A DNA stretch of 63,917 bases, counting the filler, from Rhabdomonas costata (taxonomy: Eukaryota): the NCBI GenBank assembly GCA_019059605.1. It is 35 parts of 35 records of this genome, joined end to end, with 100 filler letters (N's around TTAATTAATTAA, not from the genome) between each part and the next. Parts side by side here need not be neighbours in the genome. Positions count along the whole stretch, not along the records: positions 51,224 to 52,951 come from JAHMHO010009989.1; positions 53,052 to 54,777 come from JAHMHO010009990.1; positions 54,878 to 56,605 come from JAHMHO010009991.1; positions 56,706 to 58,436 come from JAHMHO010009992.1; positions 58,537 to 60,263 come from JAHMHO010009993.1; positions 60,364 to 62,090 come from JAHMHO010009994.1; positions 62,191 to 63,917 come from JAHMHO010009995.1; 28 more parts are not named here. The stretch is one strand, 5' to 3'. Below the pieces are notes generated by a model, which was given only the letters and a program-made list of their open reading frames with translations, had not been told where the DNA came from and searched no databases. How positions within the stretch are numbered: the first letter of the stretch is position 1; the number at the start of each line of letters is the position of its first letter. Shown here piece by piece: positions 51,234 through 63,015 of this stretch. Position numbers and translations under genes: made by a program.

Positions 51234-51331
51234 TTTGATTTGATTTGATTTGATTTGATTTGATTTGATTTGATTTGATTTGATTTGATTTGATTTGATT
51301 TGATTTGATTTGATTTGATTTGATTTGATTT
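51234..51331. repeat. Pentanucleotide microsatellite (TTTGA)n, ~19 copies
   Basis: Perfect tandem array at the contig start. Confidence 0.97.
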
Positions 51332-51865
51332 AAATTTTTTCCTTTCATTTTCCAGACTTGTAATGTCTGGAGTCCCCAGGAATGGTGGGGCGCATGTTTG
51401 AAAAATGATCACAACCTCCCGCACATTGAATACCATTGGTAATTCAAAACCGCGGGGATGTGAGTCAGCGATACAACTGTAAAAACAGGACCAGAGCCAC
51501 AGCCCACCCCGGGCCCTCCCGCTGCTGCCGTTCCGGGACCCACGCCTGCCATTGCCCCGGAAGCCACGGCGATGAGACCGGCTCCGACCACACGGGATTT
51601 CTATCAACAGGCAACTTCACACACATACACACTTACACGCTGAATCAACCAGGAGATTCCGCGGAAGAGGGCAGGAACTGCCCGCAATGCAACGATGGAG
51701 TGGTGTGGCCGCACGGCAACGCCTGTAGATACCGGTTTTGCCCGTTCACCCATCCGAAAGAAAATCTCCAAGGGTCGCTCCCGCGAGAAAAGGTCCCAGC
51801 CCTCCAAGGAAGATGTGTGAAGTTTCAGCCCACAGACCTGAGCAGCAATGGAGCGATGCAGTTAG

Positions 51866-51998
51866 CCACTGGAAAAGAGCAACTGCGCAACAAAGGCCCG
51901 GGACCCGTGGTGCAGAAGGGACTTTTACCAGATGTGGAACGTTCGACGGTGAGCCGGTTTCGTTTCCCCACGGCACCGTTCGTTCCAACGGTACCTCT
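51866..51998 (+). repeat. Dispersed ~135-bp repeat, copy 2
   Basis: Homologous to the reverse complement of 3657-3790. Confidence 0.9.
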
Positions 51999-54684
51999 TG
52001 CGAGCACCCGTGCCCAACAGCCCACAGTGACCCCAACAGTCAACCAGGCAACAGCCAGCGCTCAATGCGCCAAGCATACACTGAATCAACCAATCAACCA
52101 ATCCATCCATTCAGCAGTCAATCAGTCAGCCAGTCAGTCAGCAGCCTGCCAACCAGCCAACCAGTCAGCAAGTCAGAATGAAAAGAGTGGTGTGTGATGG
52201 CTGTGGCCATGTTAAAAATTGAGAAATGCAGCTGGAGCGATAATTCAGCCAAAAGACCCAGAACCAGAACCAGAACCTCGAAGCGAATGTTCAATGACGC
52301 TGCGGTTTTAATGTTTGAAAGAGACCCCGAAAATGCTCTGAACCCCATCAAGTTGCGTGCCACATGAGAACAAACCTGTCAGTATATAAGCGTGTCGCCT
52401 TTCCAGTGCGCTGCTGCGAGGATGCGTGTTTAAATACAGCATTTCAACATAATTTTACATCCTTGCTCGTTTAACAGTGATATAAACGCCTTGATAGAGC
52501 ACATCGAAAACTATCAGTTGCAATCGTGCCTTTGTGTCCACAGAAGGGAGGATTTTATTTGCTGTATAGTAAAGTTGCGATCCTAATTGCTCCATAAAGC
52601 CTTTTTCCGTGTGCGTTTTGTGGTTTTGTGGTGTGTCTGCGTTCTCACTTTGACCTTTAGCATTCTATCGTACTTCAGTGTCGGGGTCGTGGGTTCTTTT
52701 TGTGGGGTGGGTGTTCGAACCTCAGCTGTCCAGGACGCGCAGGCACTTCGACCGTACCCGATAATGTTGTTGAGAGATGTGGAAGTTTCACCATTATATC
52801 ATTATGAGGGTGTAAGGCGTTTTGTCCCCGTCTGACTGGTGTATGTCTGTGTTGGACGCCGCGTTGGGGTTGGCTCGCGAATCTTCTTCGCCTCAGATCG
52901 ACTTTGACGTGCCCCCGATGACGCCGTGCCCCAACCCACCCAAACACACCANNNNNNNNNNNNNNNNNNNNNNNNNNNNNNNNNNNNNNNNNNNNTTAAT
53001 TAATTAANNNNNNNNNNNNNNNNNNNNNNNNNNNNNNNNNNNNNNNNNNNNGTGGGTGTGTGGAGGCAAAGCTGAGTGCTTGAACGCGCTCGCTCAGGAA
53101 CACACAAAAAATTTGGGTAAAGATAAGTTCTTTGGAGCGAGGAAGTGTCTCTGGAAACATCATATTTGACGGGTCTTTTTCTTGAACTATGTGGTTTTCA
53201 GGAGCTCCATGAAGAGAAGCGCTTTCTTCGGCCGACAGTTCTGCTCGAGCTTACAGACGGCATTTACAATCCTGGACAGGCAGTCTCTTGCTTGTTACTT
53301 TTTGTCGGCATTGTTTTTAGGGACCTTTCCCGGTTTCACTTGCTGTCGCAGTTTTTCACGGTGAAGGCGGCGTACCAAACTACTTCCTCATCATGGATTT
53401 CTTCTTCCGTGCCTTTAACCAAAGCATTGGATATGCTGGAGGTATTCGCGCATTTCTGCCCCTGCGTTTTTTGTGAATCCGGTGAACATACCTTTCTGTG
53501 ATTTTTGGTGTGCTGCGTTTTGCAACAAGGAAGCAGGTCCTGATGACTACGATTCCGGACCGGTTGCTTCCTCGTCCAGAGACGCTGCTCAGGTTTTGTT
53601 CAGTTTGTGTTGGTTTCGAGTGTTTTTCTCGGGCGGGGTGGTAAGAAGCGACCTCCCAAAAAACGAAAGCGGTGGGCCCCAGGCCTTGTGCATGCTCACC
53701 TTTCTGTACCTTTCTGTGTTAAAGCTATTTTCTGTTTTCTGCCTCTGAGCCAAACGTTTTGCTCTATGTCACGATTGATACGCGTGTCTATTTGTACATC
53801 TCTAACGCGTTGAAGGGTGGGTTTTGAAGGGTTTTGGTGAGCAATTTTGACTGAACAGGTTCCTTTTCGCGTGCCTTTCTCTGTCCTCTAGATGTCCCTT
53901 GCTGATCTGGTAAACGATGGCATCAGGTTTTTGTTTTTGCCCGATGAATGAATTCTTTGGCCCGATTTTTTCTGTGCTAGTTGGGTCTTGTTGCTCTTTT
54001 TAGGCTGACCGGACTTTCATACGCCCTCGTTCAAGCACGCCAAAAGAACCGGGCAGTGTGGGCCCAGGCCGCAGAGGCTTTGGAACGTCTCAGTGTCACG
54101 AGAGAAATGGTGATGATTGTGTGATTTTCCTGTGGTTGTTCGTATGTCCGCGGGCTGGCGAGGAAGATTAAGGATGATCTCAATTTTCTCTGGATTCCTT
54201 CAGGAAGCACGGTGCGCTGCCCTCAGGCACAGGGTTGCCGTGCTTGGGGAAAAGGTTCGGTGGGGAAAAGAGGCTGTAATTAACGGCATGAGTGTGCCTT
54301 TTTCATGTTCACCGTTTCGTTGAACTTTGTTACGCAGTGGGGGAAATTGCTTTCATTTCTTTTTTTTTCAGAGCAGCAGTCGCTGGGGAAGCTGCGGCAG
54401 AGCTTTCGCACTCAGCTTCAAGCTTTGAATGAGGCCAAAGAGATTCTGAAATGCAAGCGGAGACGTGCCGCTGAGGCTGAGCACCAAAACCACCAAAAAG
54501 GTTAGTTACTCATCACCGCCATGTATTACTAACATGGCAACCACCGGGAAATCTACTGGAAAACACACCCCACCCCTCCCCCAGGGTCCATTGCACCAAC
54601 CGTCAGGGCCCAACAGAATTTTGCGTTCAGCAGAATAGAAATAGAAATGTAGTTAAAGGTGAATCTGATAGTTATGGCTTGTGG

Positions 54685-54768
54685 TTAGGCGAATCTAACA
54701 ACCAGCATTTTTTTGGCCTCTCTACGCAACTTGCTGGTGAAAAAAATGCTGGTTGTTAGATTCGCCTA
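54685..54768. other. Contig-terminal fold-back, ~29-bp arms
   Basis: TTAGGCGAATCTAACAACCAGCATTTTTT and its reverse complement, followed by an A/C-only tail at the gap. Confidence 0.7.
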
Positions 54769-54877
54769 AACACAACCNNNNNNNNNNNNNNNNNNNNNNN
54801 NNNNNNNNNNNNNNNNNNNNNTTAATTAATTAANNNNNNNNNNNNNNNNNNNNNNNNNNNNNNNNNNNNNNNNNNNN

Positions 54878-55789
54878 GTATTTTTTGTTAAAATTATGAT
54901 CTCTAATATGTTCATATGCAGGTCTTGATGCATCAATAATAAGGAAGACATCCTGAAATAAATTTAATTTTTTGGCCATAATTAAAGTATCAAGAACACA
55001 AAAATCAGTAACAATACCACCTACAAAAATACGTATTTTATTATTATTATTTTTTGATTGATAAGATTGTATAATATTTGTAATTGATCTTACTTTTTTT
55101 ATTTGATATAACATATTCGGTTTTTCTATATCATGTATTGGATTATAATGTGCAAGTTCAAATGCTCCTGTATTATGTAAAGGTGGCTTTGAATCTTTAA
55201 AAGTAAGTCGTTCATGTGCATATTCTTCATTATAAGGAAATGCACCGAAACTATTAATATCATCAGAGATTCCTTTAAAAACGACATGAATATTTTTTTC
55301 TTTAGAAACAACAAGATTACAAAGTTTTTTTTTAAAAGATAAATTAAAATTACTATCTGGTTCATCACGAATATGATATGCATCATATTTTTTATGATTA
55401 CCAACAAATGATATGTTGTTTCTACTGTGAAAATCTTTTGTACAAATGATAATATTAAATAAATCTAAAAGATATGTAAAATTTGTAATAACTTGTTCAA
55501 CTTCTTTAACATGATATTTTTGTCCTTTCATACTTGAAACTTGTAAATCAATAGCTATTAATACATCATTTTCTTCAAGTTTAATTGCTTTATTCTCAAT
55601 CTCAACACCTGATTTTTGTAATAAATACATAAATTCATATAATATTGGACTTTTCTGTTTATCTATATATTTATGATCTTGATCATTACTAGATATTTCA
55701 TGATCAATATCTGATGTATATCTAATATGATCACTATTAATAATAGATCTTTTATGATCTATATTAAAAAAATTTTTAATAAACACCAT
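54878..55789 (-). CDS. pncA: Nicotinamidase/pyrazinamidase (isochorismatase family), 3'-truncated, AT-rich and intronless
   Basis: VLIAIDLQ (catalytic Asp), TKDFH..ISF (metal ligands), VVFKG...SFGAF (Lys), IFVGGIVTDFCVLDT (Cys), IIDASRP. Confidence 0.88.
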
Positions 55790-55848
55790 ATATATTTTAC
55801 AAAAAAATTAGAAAATAATTTAGCGACGCCTGGATGATGATATGTAGA

Positions 55849-55894
55849 TATTTATATAAAGAAATATTTAAATATTTATTTCTTTAAATAAATA
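55849..55894 (-). terminator. AT-rich hairpin overlapping the LRR stop codon; candidate giant-virus-type 3'-end signal
   Basis: TATTTATATAAAGAAATA (55849-55866) pairs with TATTTCTTTAAATAAATA (55877-55894): 18 bp with one mismatch, 10-nt loop. Confidence 0.5.
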
Positions 55895-56600
55895 ATTTAA
55901 TAATTTCATCAGTATAAGCTGCTTCAGTAATACGAATACAATTAAATACTTTTAATTGTGTTAAAGATGCTAGAGTATGATTTGTAAATTTTATATTATT
56001 GCCACTGTCTAATATTTTTAATTGGGATAACGGTTTAATGCCGTTATCTGTAAAATTATTGTTCCATCCACAATATAATGTATGTAAATTTGATAACGGT
56101 TTTAGGCCGTTATCAGTAAATTTAGTATTATTACCACAATTTAAATATTTTAATTGGGATAACATTCGAAGGCTGTTATCCGTAAAATTATTATTCCATC
56201 CACAAAATAAAATTTGTAATTTAGATAACGGCATTAGGCCGTTATCTGTAAAATTATTGTTCCATTTACAATGTAATGTATGTAAATTAGATAATTGCTT
56301 AAGGCCGTTGTCAGTAAATTTATTATTATTACCACATTTTAGTGTATGTAACTGAGACAATGGCCGAAGGCCATTATCAGTAAAATTTAAATTGTAACCA
56401 CAATCTAAATATTGTAATTGATGTAATTGCTGTAAGCAGTTATCTGTAAAATTATCATTATTACCACATTTCAATACACGTAATTGAGATAACGACCTAA
56501 GGCCATTATCAGTAAATCTATCATTCCATTTACATATAAGTATTCTTAAATTAGATAACTGCTGTAAGCAGTTATCAGTAAAATTATTATTATTACCACA
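55884..56600 (-). CDS. Leucine-rich repeat protein, at least ten 22-aa repeats, 5'-truncated
   Basis: Unit LxxLxCGxNxxFTDNGLxxLSx (66-nt period); the frame stays open to the contig end beyond the tracked start. Confidence 0.93.
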   Translation of the reverse strand, partial: CGNNNNFTDNCLQQLSNLRILICKWNDRFTDNGLRSLSQLRVLKCGNNDNFTDNCLQQLHQLQYLDCGYNLNFTDNGLRPLSQLHTLKCGNNNKFTDNGLKQLSNLHTLHCKWNNNFTDNGLMPLSKLQILFCGWNNNFTDNSLRMLSQLKYLNCGNNTKFTDNGLKPLSNLHTLYCGWNNNFTDNGIKPLSQLKILDSGNNIKFTNHTLASLTQLKVFNCIRITEAAYTDEIIKLFI

Positions 56601-58536
56601 CCCCCNNNNNNNNNNNNNNNNNNNNNNNNNNNNNNNNNNNNNNNNNNNNTTAATTAATTAANNNNNNNNNNNNNNNNNNNNNNNNNNNNNNNNNNNNNNN
56701 NNNNNGGTTGTGGGGTGCTTTCTCTTCCTGCTGGGGTGGCGTGGCTACGAGGGTGCGAGGGCGCGCAAGCTTCAACTCCAAAACCCAAAGCTCTTGGCAA
56801 ACTGCCTGCAAGTGGGCTGCCCTTCCGCGTGGAGGGTGTGATTTCGACTGCCTGATGCCTGTGGTGTGCTTTGTCATCGCCCCTTCTAACTAACACGCGC
56901 ACTTCAGGTGGTGTGAGTGTGCCCTTTGGCCTTTCACAGCTTTCCCCTATTCCCGGCTTGTGCGTAGAAGCAAGGCGAGCACAGCAACAGCCAAACAGTA
57001 CGAACAAGGCAAGCCAGCCAACACCGCACGACTTACGATACACAGCTCCACTGCCCAAACCTTCACAACACCTCTTGCGCGGCACCCTACGAACTCAACC
57101 CCTACAACCAAAACCCCAAACAAATGCAAGAAAGAGGAAATTAAACACACCAAACCTCAACCCATTGCTTTACGTAATCACCAAACTCCTACTCCAACAC
57201 GTCAGGTCAAAAAATCCACAAAACACTTCCAAAGCCCTTTTTGATTCTTCAACTCGATGTAGAAAGTCTTGAAGATTCCACTCAATGTAATTTTCTTCAA
57301 AATCCGCGGCAATCTCGACCATCACCACATCGTCCTCGGAATTCTTCGAAATTCTTCGAAATTCTTTGCTCCACCGCGTTCTCCTTGTCGAATTCTATCA
57401 AGATAGTTCTTGTACGAATGCAAAATCCTCTGCTTTCAACCTTCTGCTTGCGATTCGCAACTTTTTCTCGCCACGCCCAGCTTCCTACTGAGCCTCCGGC
57501 GCTCCAACTCTACGAAAACCGCCTCTCACCTCAATTTCTCTGCTACTTTCTCTTCTCCTTGCTTTCCTTCATCTTACGAACCTGCAATCTTCTGCTTTCT
57601 TCCTTTTGGCTGCCCTTCCCTTTTATCCCTGCTTCTCTCTGTCTCTCTTTCTCTCCGCTTCGGCCTCCTTTGTCCCACTTTTCTCTCTCCTGATATATGC
57701 TCTCGCTCTCTGCTTCTGGTTTTTCTGTCCTTTTTGGTTCGGACTGCTATTCTCTTTTCTCTTTACCCTGCCTTCATTTCCTCTGCGCTGACCTCGGCTT
57801 CGGGCTGCCTCTCCTCTCGCGGGGTCGTTCTTCTTCAGCTTCTCGTCCCGCTCTGCTTCTTCTCGTCAGCTTGCCCTCCAGCACCGGGGTCCCACTGCGC
57901 TTTTCCAAGGTCTTCTCCTCAACTGGCGCCGCTGGCCGGGGCATTCCTGCCTCAACCCGCCGCCTGCTGCACTTTGCATCCCCCTTCCTGTTCTCCCGGG
58001 GATGCTTTCCACGGCCTTCTCGCTCAACTTCTCCAAACCTGCGCGGCCAACTCGTCGTGTGCTCAGATCTGCGGCCTTGTCCTCCTCAACGTCGTCCTCC
58101 GGAACGGCTCTCCTCAGCGCCGTCCTCCTGCGCCTTCTCCTTCTTGTTTTCCGCCGCCTTTGCTACCAGCACTCTGCTCAAAGCTTCAGCTTGACCGCCT
58201 CTGCTCCTAAAACTCTCTTTCTGAACCTCTCCTTTGAAAAACCTGCTTTCCACACTCGCTTCTCCACTGGCCTTTGCTCTGCACCACTGCCTCCTCCAAA
58301 AAGCTGTCCTTACGAACTGCCTGCTGCTAACTCGCTTTTCTACTGCTCTCGCACAGATTTACGAATTTCTTGAACACCTTCAAAGCCTCAACTGATATCT
58401 GCTCTTGAAACGATCTCCTCTGACTAACCAAACACCNNNNNNNNNNNNNNNNNNNNNNNNNNNNNNNNNNNNNNNNNNNNTTAATTAATTAANNNNNNNN
58501 NNNNNNNNNNNNNNNNNNNNNNNNNNNNNNNNNNNN

Positions 58537-59760
58537 AGAAAAAATGGAAAAGTTGTACCAAGAGCTGTTTGTGGAAAGGAACCTACCGCTTTCTCTTGAG
58601 GAATATCAGGACGTTCTTCGTGTTCTGGCAAGCTCTCCATTGAAAGACCGGGCACTTCGTCTTTACCAAGCCGCCATACACAAAAAGGATTTGGCCCTGA
58701 ACGATCCGCGCGTTTACGATGCCCTGTTCTGCTGTCTAAAGAATCCGCAGGAAGCTTCCATGCTTTTTTGGGACATGAAGAAGCACGGGGTTCACCTTGC
58801 CCCAGCCCATTGGCCTCAGCTGCTCCGAATTTTGGCAGCTGATCGCTCTCAGATTCAACCAGTGGTGGACGAGATGAAGCGTCTGGGGGTAAAGTTTACA
58901 CCAATTCTGGAGGAACTTGCAGTAGAAGAGGCATTTCGAATTGTTGAGTCCACCGGACTTTCTTTGGACGCGGAGTTTGTGTCAAGAATTTTGAAGGTAC
59001 CTCTGAAAAAGTGAAGTTGTGAGAGCTTCCTTCTTTTTGCAACATGAAATCACGGCTGCAGAGCAGGGTATCAGTGCAGACAGCTTCCTTCTTTTTGCAA
59101 CGAGAATAATGTGAAACCTCAACTGCAAAAGTCAGATTTTCCCTCCTGCATCAAATGTATATTTGAAGTGAATGAGTAGCCTAGTCTTTTAGTGCTCATT
59201 TTTATTCCTTTGATTTAAAGGAGACACCCCTCGAGAAGACGCAGCTCCTGTACGATTCACTGAAACCCTCGCCCGAAGGCTCGCGGCTGTATTCAGCGGA
59301 GTTATCAGAGGCTTTCTTGGAAAAAGCTCTAGTACTGAAAAATTCTGACCTGTGTCTTTCCCTTTGGTCGGATTGGCTCCATGCTCCTCCTGCCACTCCA
59401 GCAGGCACAGCGGTGCGGAGACCCACGGAAGAACATGCTCGGAAAATCTTGGCGGTTCTGTGTCAAGCCAATGATCCCCACGTTCTCGCGTTTTTCAAAG
59501 AAGCTCGAGCGTTAATCCGTACCCCAGACGTGCCACTTTACAAAGGTATTTTGAGTGTGGGTGCGCACAACCGATTGGCGCTGGTGGCCAAAGAGGTTTG
59601 GCGAGACATGCAGTCAAGAGCTATCGTTCCCGACCCTGAGGCGTTGGTCCTTATCCTTCGCTCCTGCGCTGGGGATCCTGCAGCCATGTCGGAGATTTAC
59701 GATGTCATTCACCTCAGCCGACTACCTCTTCCTCCTGACTCGGAATCTTTGGTCATTGAG
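58537..59760 (+). CDS. PPR-like helical-repeat protein, partial; exons 58537-58996 and 59221-59760
   Basis: ASMLFWDMKKHGVHL, VVDEMKRLGVKF and PDVPLYKGILSV...AKEVWRDMQSRAIVPD resemble PPR motifs; phase-0 GT-AG intron. Confidence 0.7.
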
Positions 59761-60547
59761 GTTTCTGCTCACTCACTTTGAGAGTGCTGCTTATCCTCCT
59801 CGCTGGCATCTGCAAAGTGCGGAAAAAACTCGGAATATACTGACAAAGGATTAGCCTAAAGCGTGAGAGGAAAGGGGCGCAGCTCAACCACACACGCATA
59901 TGCAATCGGGCCCATGTAGAAGTTGACACCCGCAGAACACCAACCCCACGCAATTAAGCACGCACGCATGCTCAGCGATAGGAAATGGCAAAAGAGAGGA
60001 AGTGTTTTCCGCATTGTTGGTGTATTATCCCAACGGCGATGTGCCTTCGCTCCTTGCAGACCTTCAACCAATCCGACGACACGCGACGCCGGATTCCCGA
60101 CGTGAAGCAAGCATTTGCTCTGATCCGGCATCAGGCTCACGGTTTGCCGCAGCCTGCTGGTGTCACTGGTGCTTCTTCTTCTTCGCCTGATGCTGCCACC
60201 GCCGCTGTCGGGCACCGACCTGGGGCCTCCCCACCTCTCCCCTCACCCGGAGCCCCCCACACANNNNNNNNNNNNNNNNNNNNNNNNNNNNNNNNNNNNN
60301 NNNNNNNTTAATTAATTAANNNNNNNNNNNNNNNNNNNNNNNNNNNNNNNNNNNNNNNNNNNNGGTGGGGGTTTTTTTATCAATATATTTCACCCTCGGC
60401 CGCAATGTATTGATAAAAAGCCACCTACGCCGAACCCCAATATCCCAGGAGTAAACTAGCTCTTGGCCGCCTGAGCAATAAAAACAGCCACAATAAGAAC
60501 GGGTTACGGCTGATGTTGTGAAGTTTAGGACATCCCATGTCGCGCAG

Positions 60548-61840
60548 AATTCACGGGCTGAAGTCGGGCAAAGTTTTGAAGGAGTTCCGCGGGCACAAGT
60601 CGTATGTCAACGACGTGATCTTCAGCGCTGACGGCACGAAAGTCATCTCGTGCTCCTCCGATGGCACGGTCAAGGTGCGGGAGTTGAGTCCGTCTGCCCT
60701 TAAATACATGCATTATTGCTGCTTTAAGTTTTGAGGTTTTTTTGCCTTTTCTTTCTTTGCCTGGTGTGGCGTGGTCCCGTTGCACCTTGTTGAACCCTCC
60801 TGCAGGATGTTCTCTTTGATGGATGTCGACTCCCATGGGCCTGCGGAAACGGAACGCACGGTTGCATGGTTGTGGCTGGGGTTGGGGCTGTCCAGGTGTG
60901 GGACTCCCGATCAATGGACACCATCAGCAGCTTCCGGCCCCCCACAGCCAATCCTTCCGTCGACGTTCCAAGTATGAAAGAGAGCGAAGCAAAGGGGGAC
61001 CGACTTTCGGATCACGCAGAAAACTCAGCCTACCATGTCATGAACCAAAAGTTTAAGAGTTCAGATCCCTCTAGGTCACCACAACTTCGATGTTATCGGC
61101 GCTCTCGTGCACTCAGTTCACAGCCTCCTTCAGCCTCATCTTCGCACACACAACGCTTTCTTCTCTACATCCCAATGTTTGGACGCTTTTCTTTCCATTC
61201 ATTTCTGTATTCTCTATCCAGGGTTACTTCCTCGATGTGAATAGTGCTTCTAGTGCCGCCGTTTCCCTTCCATTTGTGTGACTTCACCGTCCTCCGCTGA
61301 TGCGCAGCTCCGTTTCCTCCTCGCTTTCTCTTCTCGTTCTCTTTCCCAGTTTTCCGTTTCTCCTCTCTTCTTTCATCGACGTTTTCTTCTCATTGTTTTT
61401 CTCCACAAACTGCTCCAAACACCCTCTTCACTTTCCACCTATTTTTGTGCAGTCTTTATTCAACCCAGATCCTTCCTTATTTTTTTTGTTAATTGTTTGA
61501 TTTCTGCCGAACCCCACCCGTTGCGAAACTGCTGTGCCTGTGCCGCAGTGCCGCGAATTTTTGTTAGTTTTAGAGTTCCAATTCTCAAGGTTACACCAAA
61601 AGCAACTAGCAGGAGCAGGGATGTGGGACTTTTTGGTGTGACACAAGTCTGAAGAATAAGGGGGAGCCGGTTGTGGAGAGCTTTCTCAATCTGCCTTTCT
61701 GGAATGTGGGTATGCAAACCTGTGGCTGTGGCCATGGCTGTGACACAGTTGTGGCGGTGCAGCCGGTTCCCCGTCAACCTGACCTAATTCTGGTCTGCCC
61801 CAGAACCCCGACCGTGTTCATCACTAACCTCTCCGGAAAG
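60548..61840 (+). CDS. SMU1: SMU1 WD40 spliceosomal protein, partial; exons 60548-60674, 60896-60971, 61749-61840
   Basis: [22 protein letters not shown]...[13 protein letters not shown]...|...[18 protein letters not shown]; [17 protein letters not shown] is characteristic of SMU1. Confidence 0.95.
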
Positions 61841-62427
61841 GTGAGTGTGGGCGCCCCTGTGTTCAGATGGGCAAACGGTCATTTTGGCTTTTGCATTTTG
61901 GCCGCCAGAAACCTCTATTTGAAGCAAGGTGCACGGTCGCGTCTGGCTTGTGGCTGTAGACTTGGCTGTGCTGAATGCTGCTTGCTTGCTGCTTGCTGGT
62001 TCCTTCCATCGTGGCTTGGTAAACGCTTGTGTCCCACAACGCAGTTTATTATTGAGATTTCCCCAGAACCTCCGCCCAGCAGATGGGTTANNNNNNNNNN
62101 NNNNNNNNNNNNNNNNNNNNNNNNNNNNNNNNNNTTAATTAATTAANNNNNNNNNNNNNNNNNNNNNNNNNNNNNNNNNNNNNNNNNNNNGTTTTTGTGT
62201 GTGCGCGTTGAGCGCACGGAAGATAATGGGCTGTTTCGGGGCATAGCTCCATTTGCTCTCTGTATCTGAAACACTGCTTGTTTTCAACTGCTGGGTGTGC
62301 CGCACCACTGGGTTCCTGTTCCGGTTGGCCACTTGCCGGAGCAACGGAGGGTTGGAGGGTTGTTGGCTGTCCGCTGCCGCACCTTACCCCAATGCGGTGT
62401 GTGTGGTGGGCGGGAAAATGGGTGCAC

Positions 62428-63015
62428 CTTCCCCGAGGCAGCGGGACCAACCACCATGATTCCGTGACGAACGCGCTTGGTCTCGTATAGCTGCACCACT
62501 TTCTGCGCCCTGGGAGGGTCGCAAAAGGAGTGATGAATGACAGCACTGAACAAATCCCAAAAGTTTCCAAAAATACAGTGCACTGCCGAAACGAGACGAG
62601 AAAAACATCTAAGCATGGATGCGGCGGAAACTCCACCACAACCTTGAAGGGATCCAGCAGCAGTGGATGCAATGTGGCCGCCGCCACGTCACCAAGAATA
62701 CAGGAATACCCGTGTTCACGTTCACGTTGAGCGAGCGAGACTCCGCTTTAGAACGGGGCACAGTAGAAGGAGCAAAGAGAGGGGTGAAAGGCGTGGGGTG
62801 AGGGAGAGAAGCATGCACCAGGAAGGGTGGTGGACGTAACGTAGTCGCGCGGCGTGTCTCTCCACGGCAGCCTCCAATTCTGGGTAGCTAGCCTTCTCGC
62901 TGGACTTCCCAGGGAACATGTCCAGAATCAGAGAGATAAATAGGTCCACATCCTCGTATACCAGCTTGGAGAGATTCATGTCCCGCAGGGTGCGCATCAG
63001 GAGAAACTCCTCGTC
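62428..63015 (-). CDS. Axonemal outer-arm dynein heavy chain (gamma/DNAH5-8 type), AAA1-AAA2 region; exons 62819-63015 and 62428-62509
   Basis: LMRTLRDMNLSKLVYEDVDLFISLILDMFP...YPELEAAV...HPSW|AQKVVQLYETKRVRHGIMVVGPAASGK (P-loop). Confidence 0.95.

Noticed and set aside
51176-51607. ORF with (SNQIK)n repeat
   Set aside because: Translation of the TTTGA microsatellite.
55999-56355. Plus-strand repetitive ORF
   Set aside because: Antisense shadow of the LRR gene.
1727-62190. Regularly spaced TTAATTAATTAA as a CRISPR-like or biological repeat
   Set aside because: Always embedded in fixed N runs; it is an artificial six-frame-stop contig linker.
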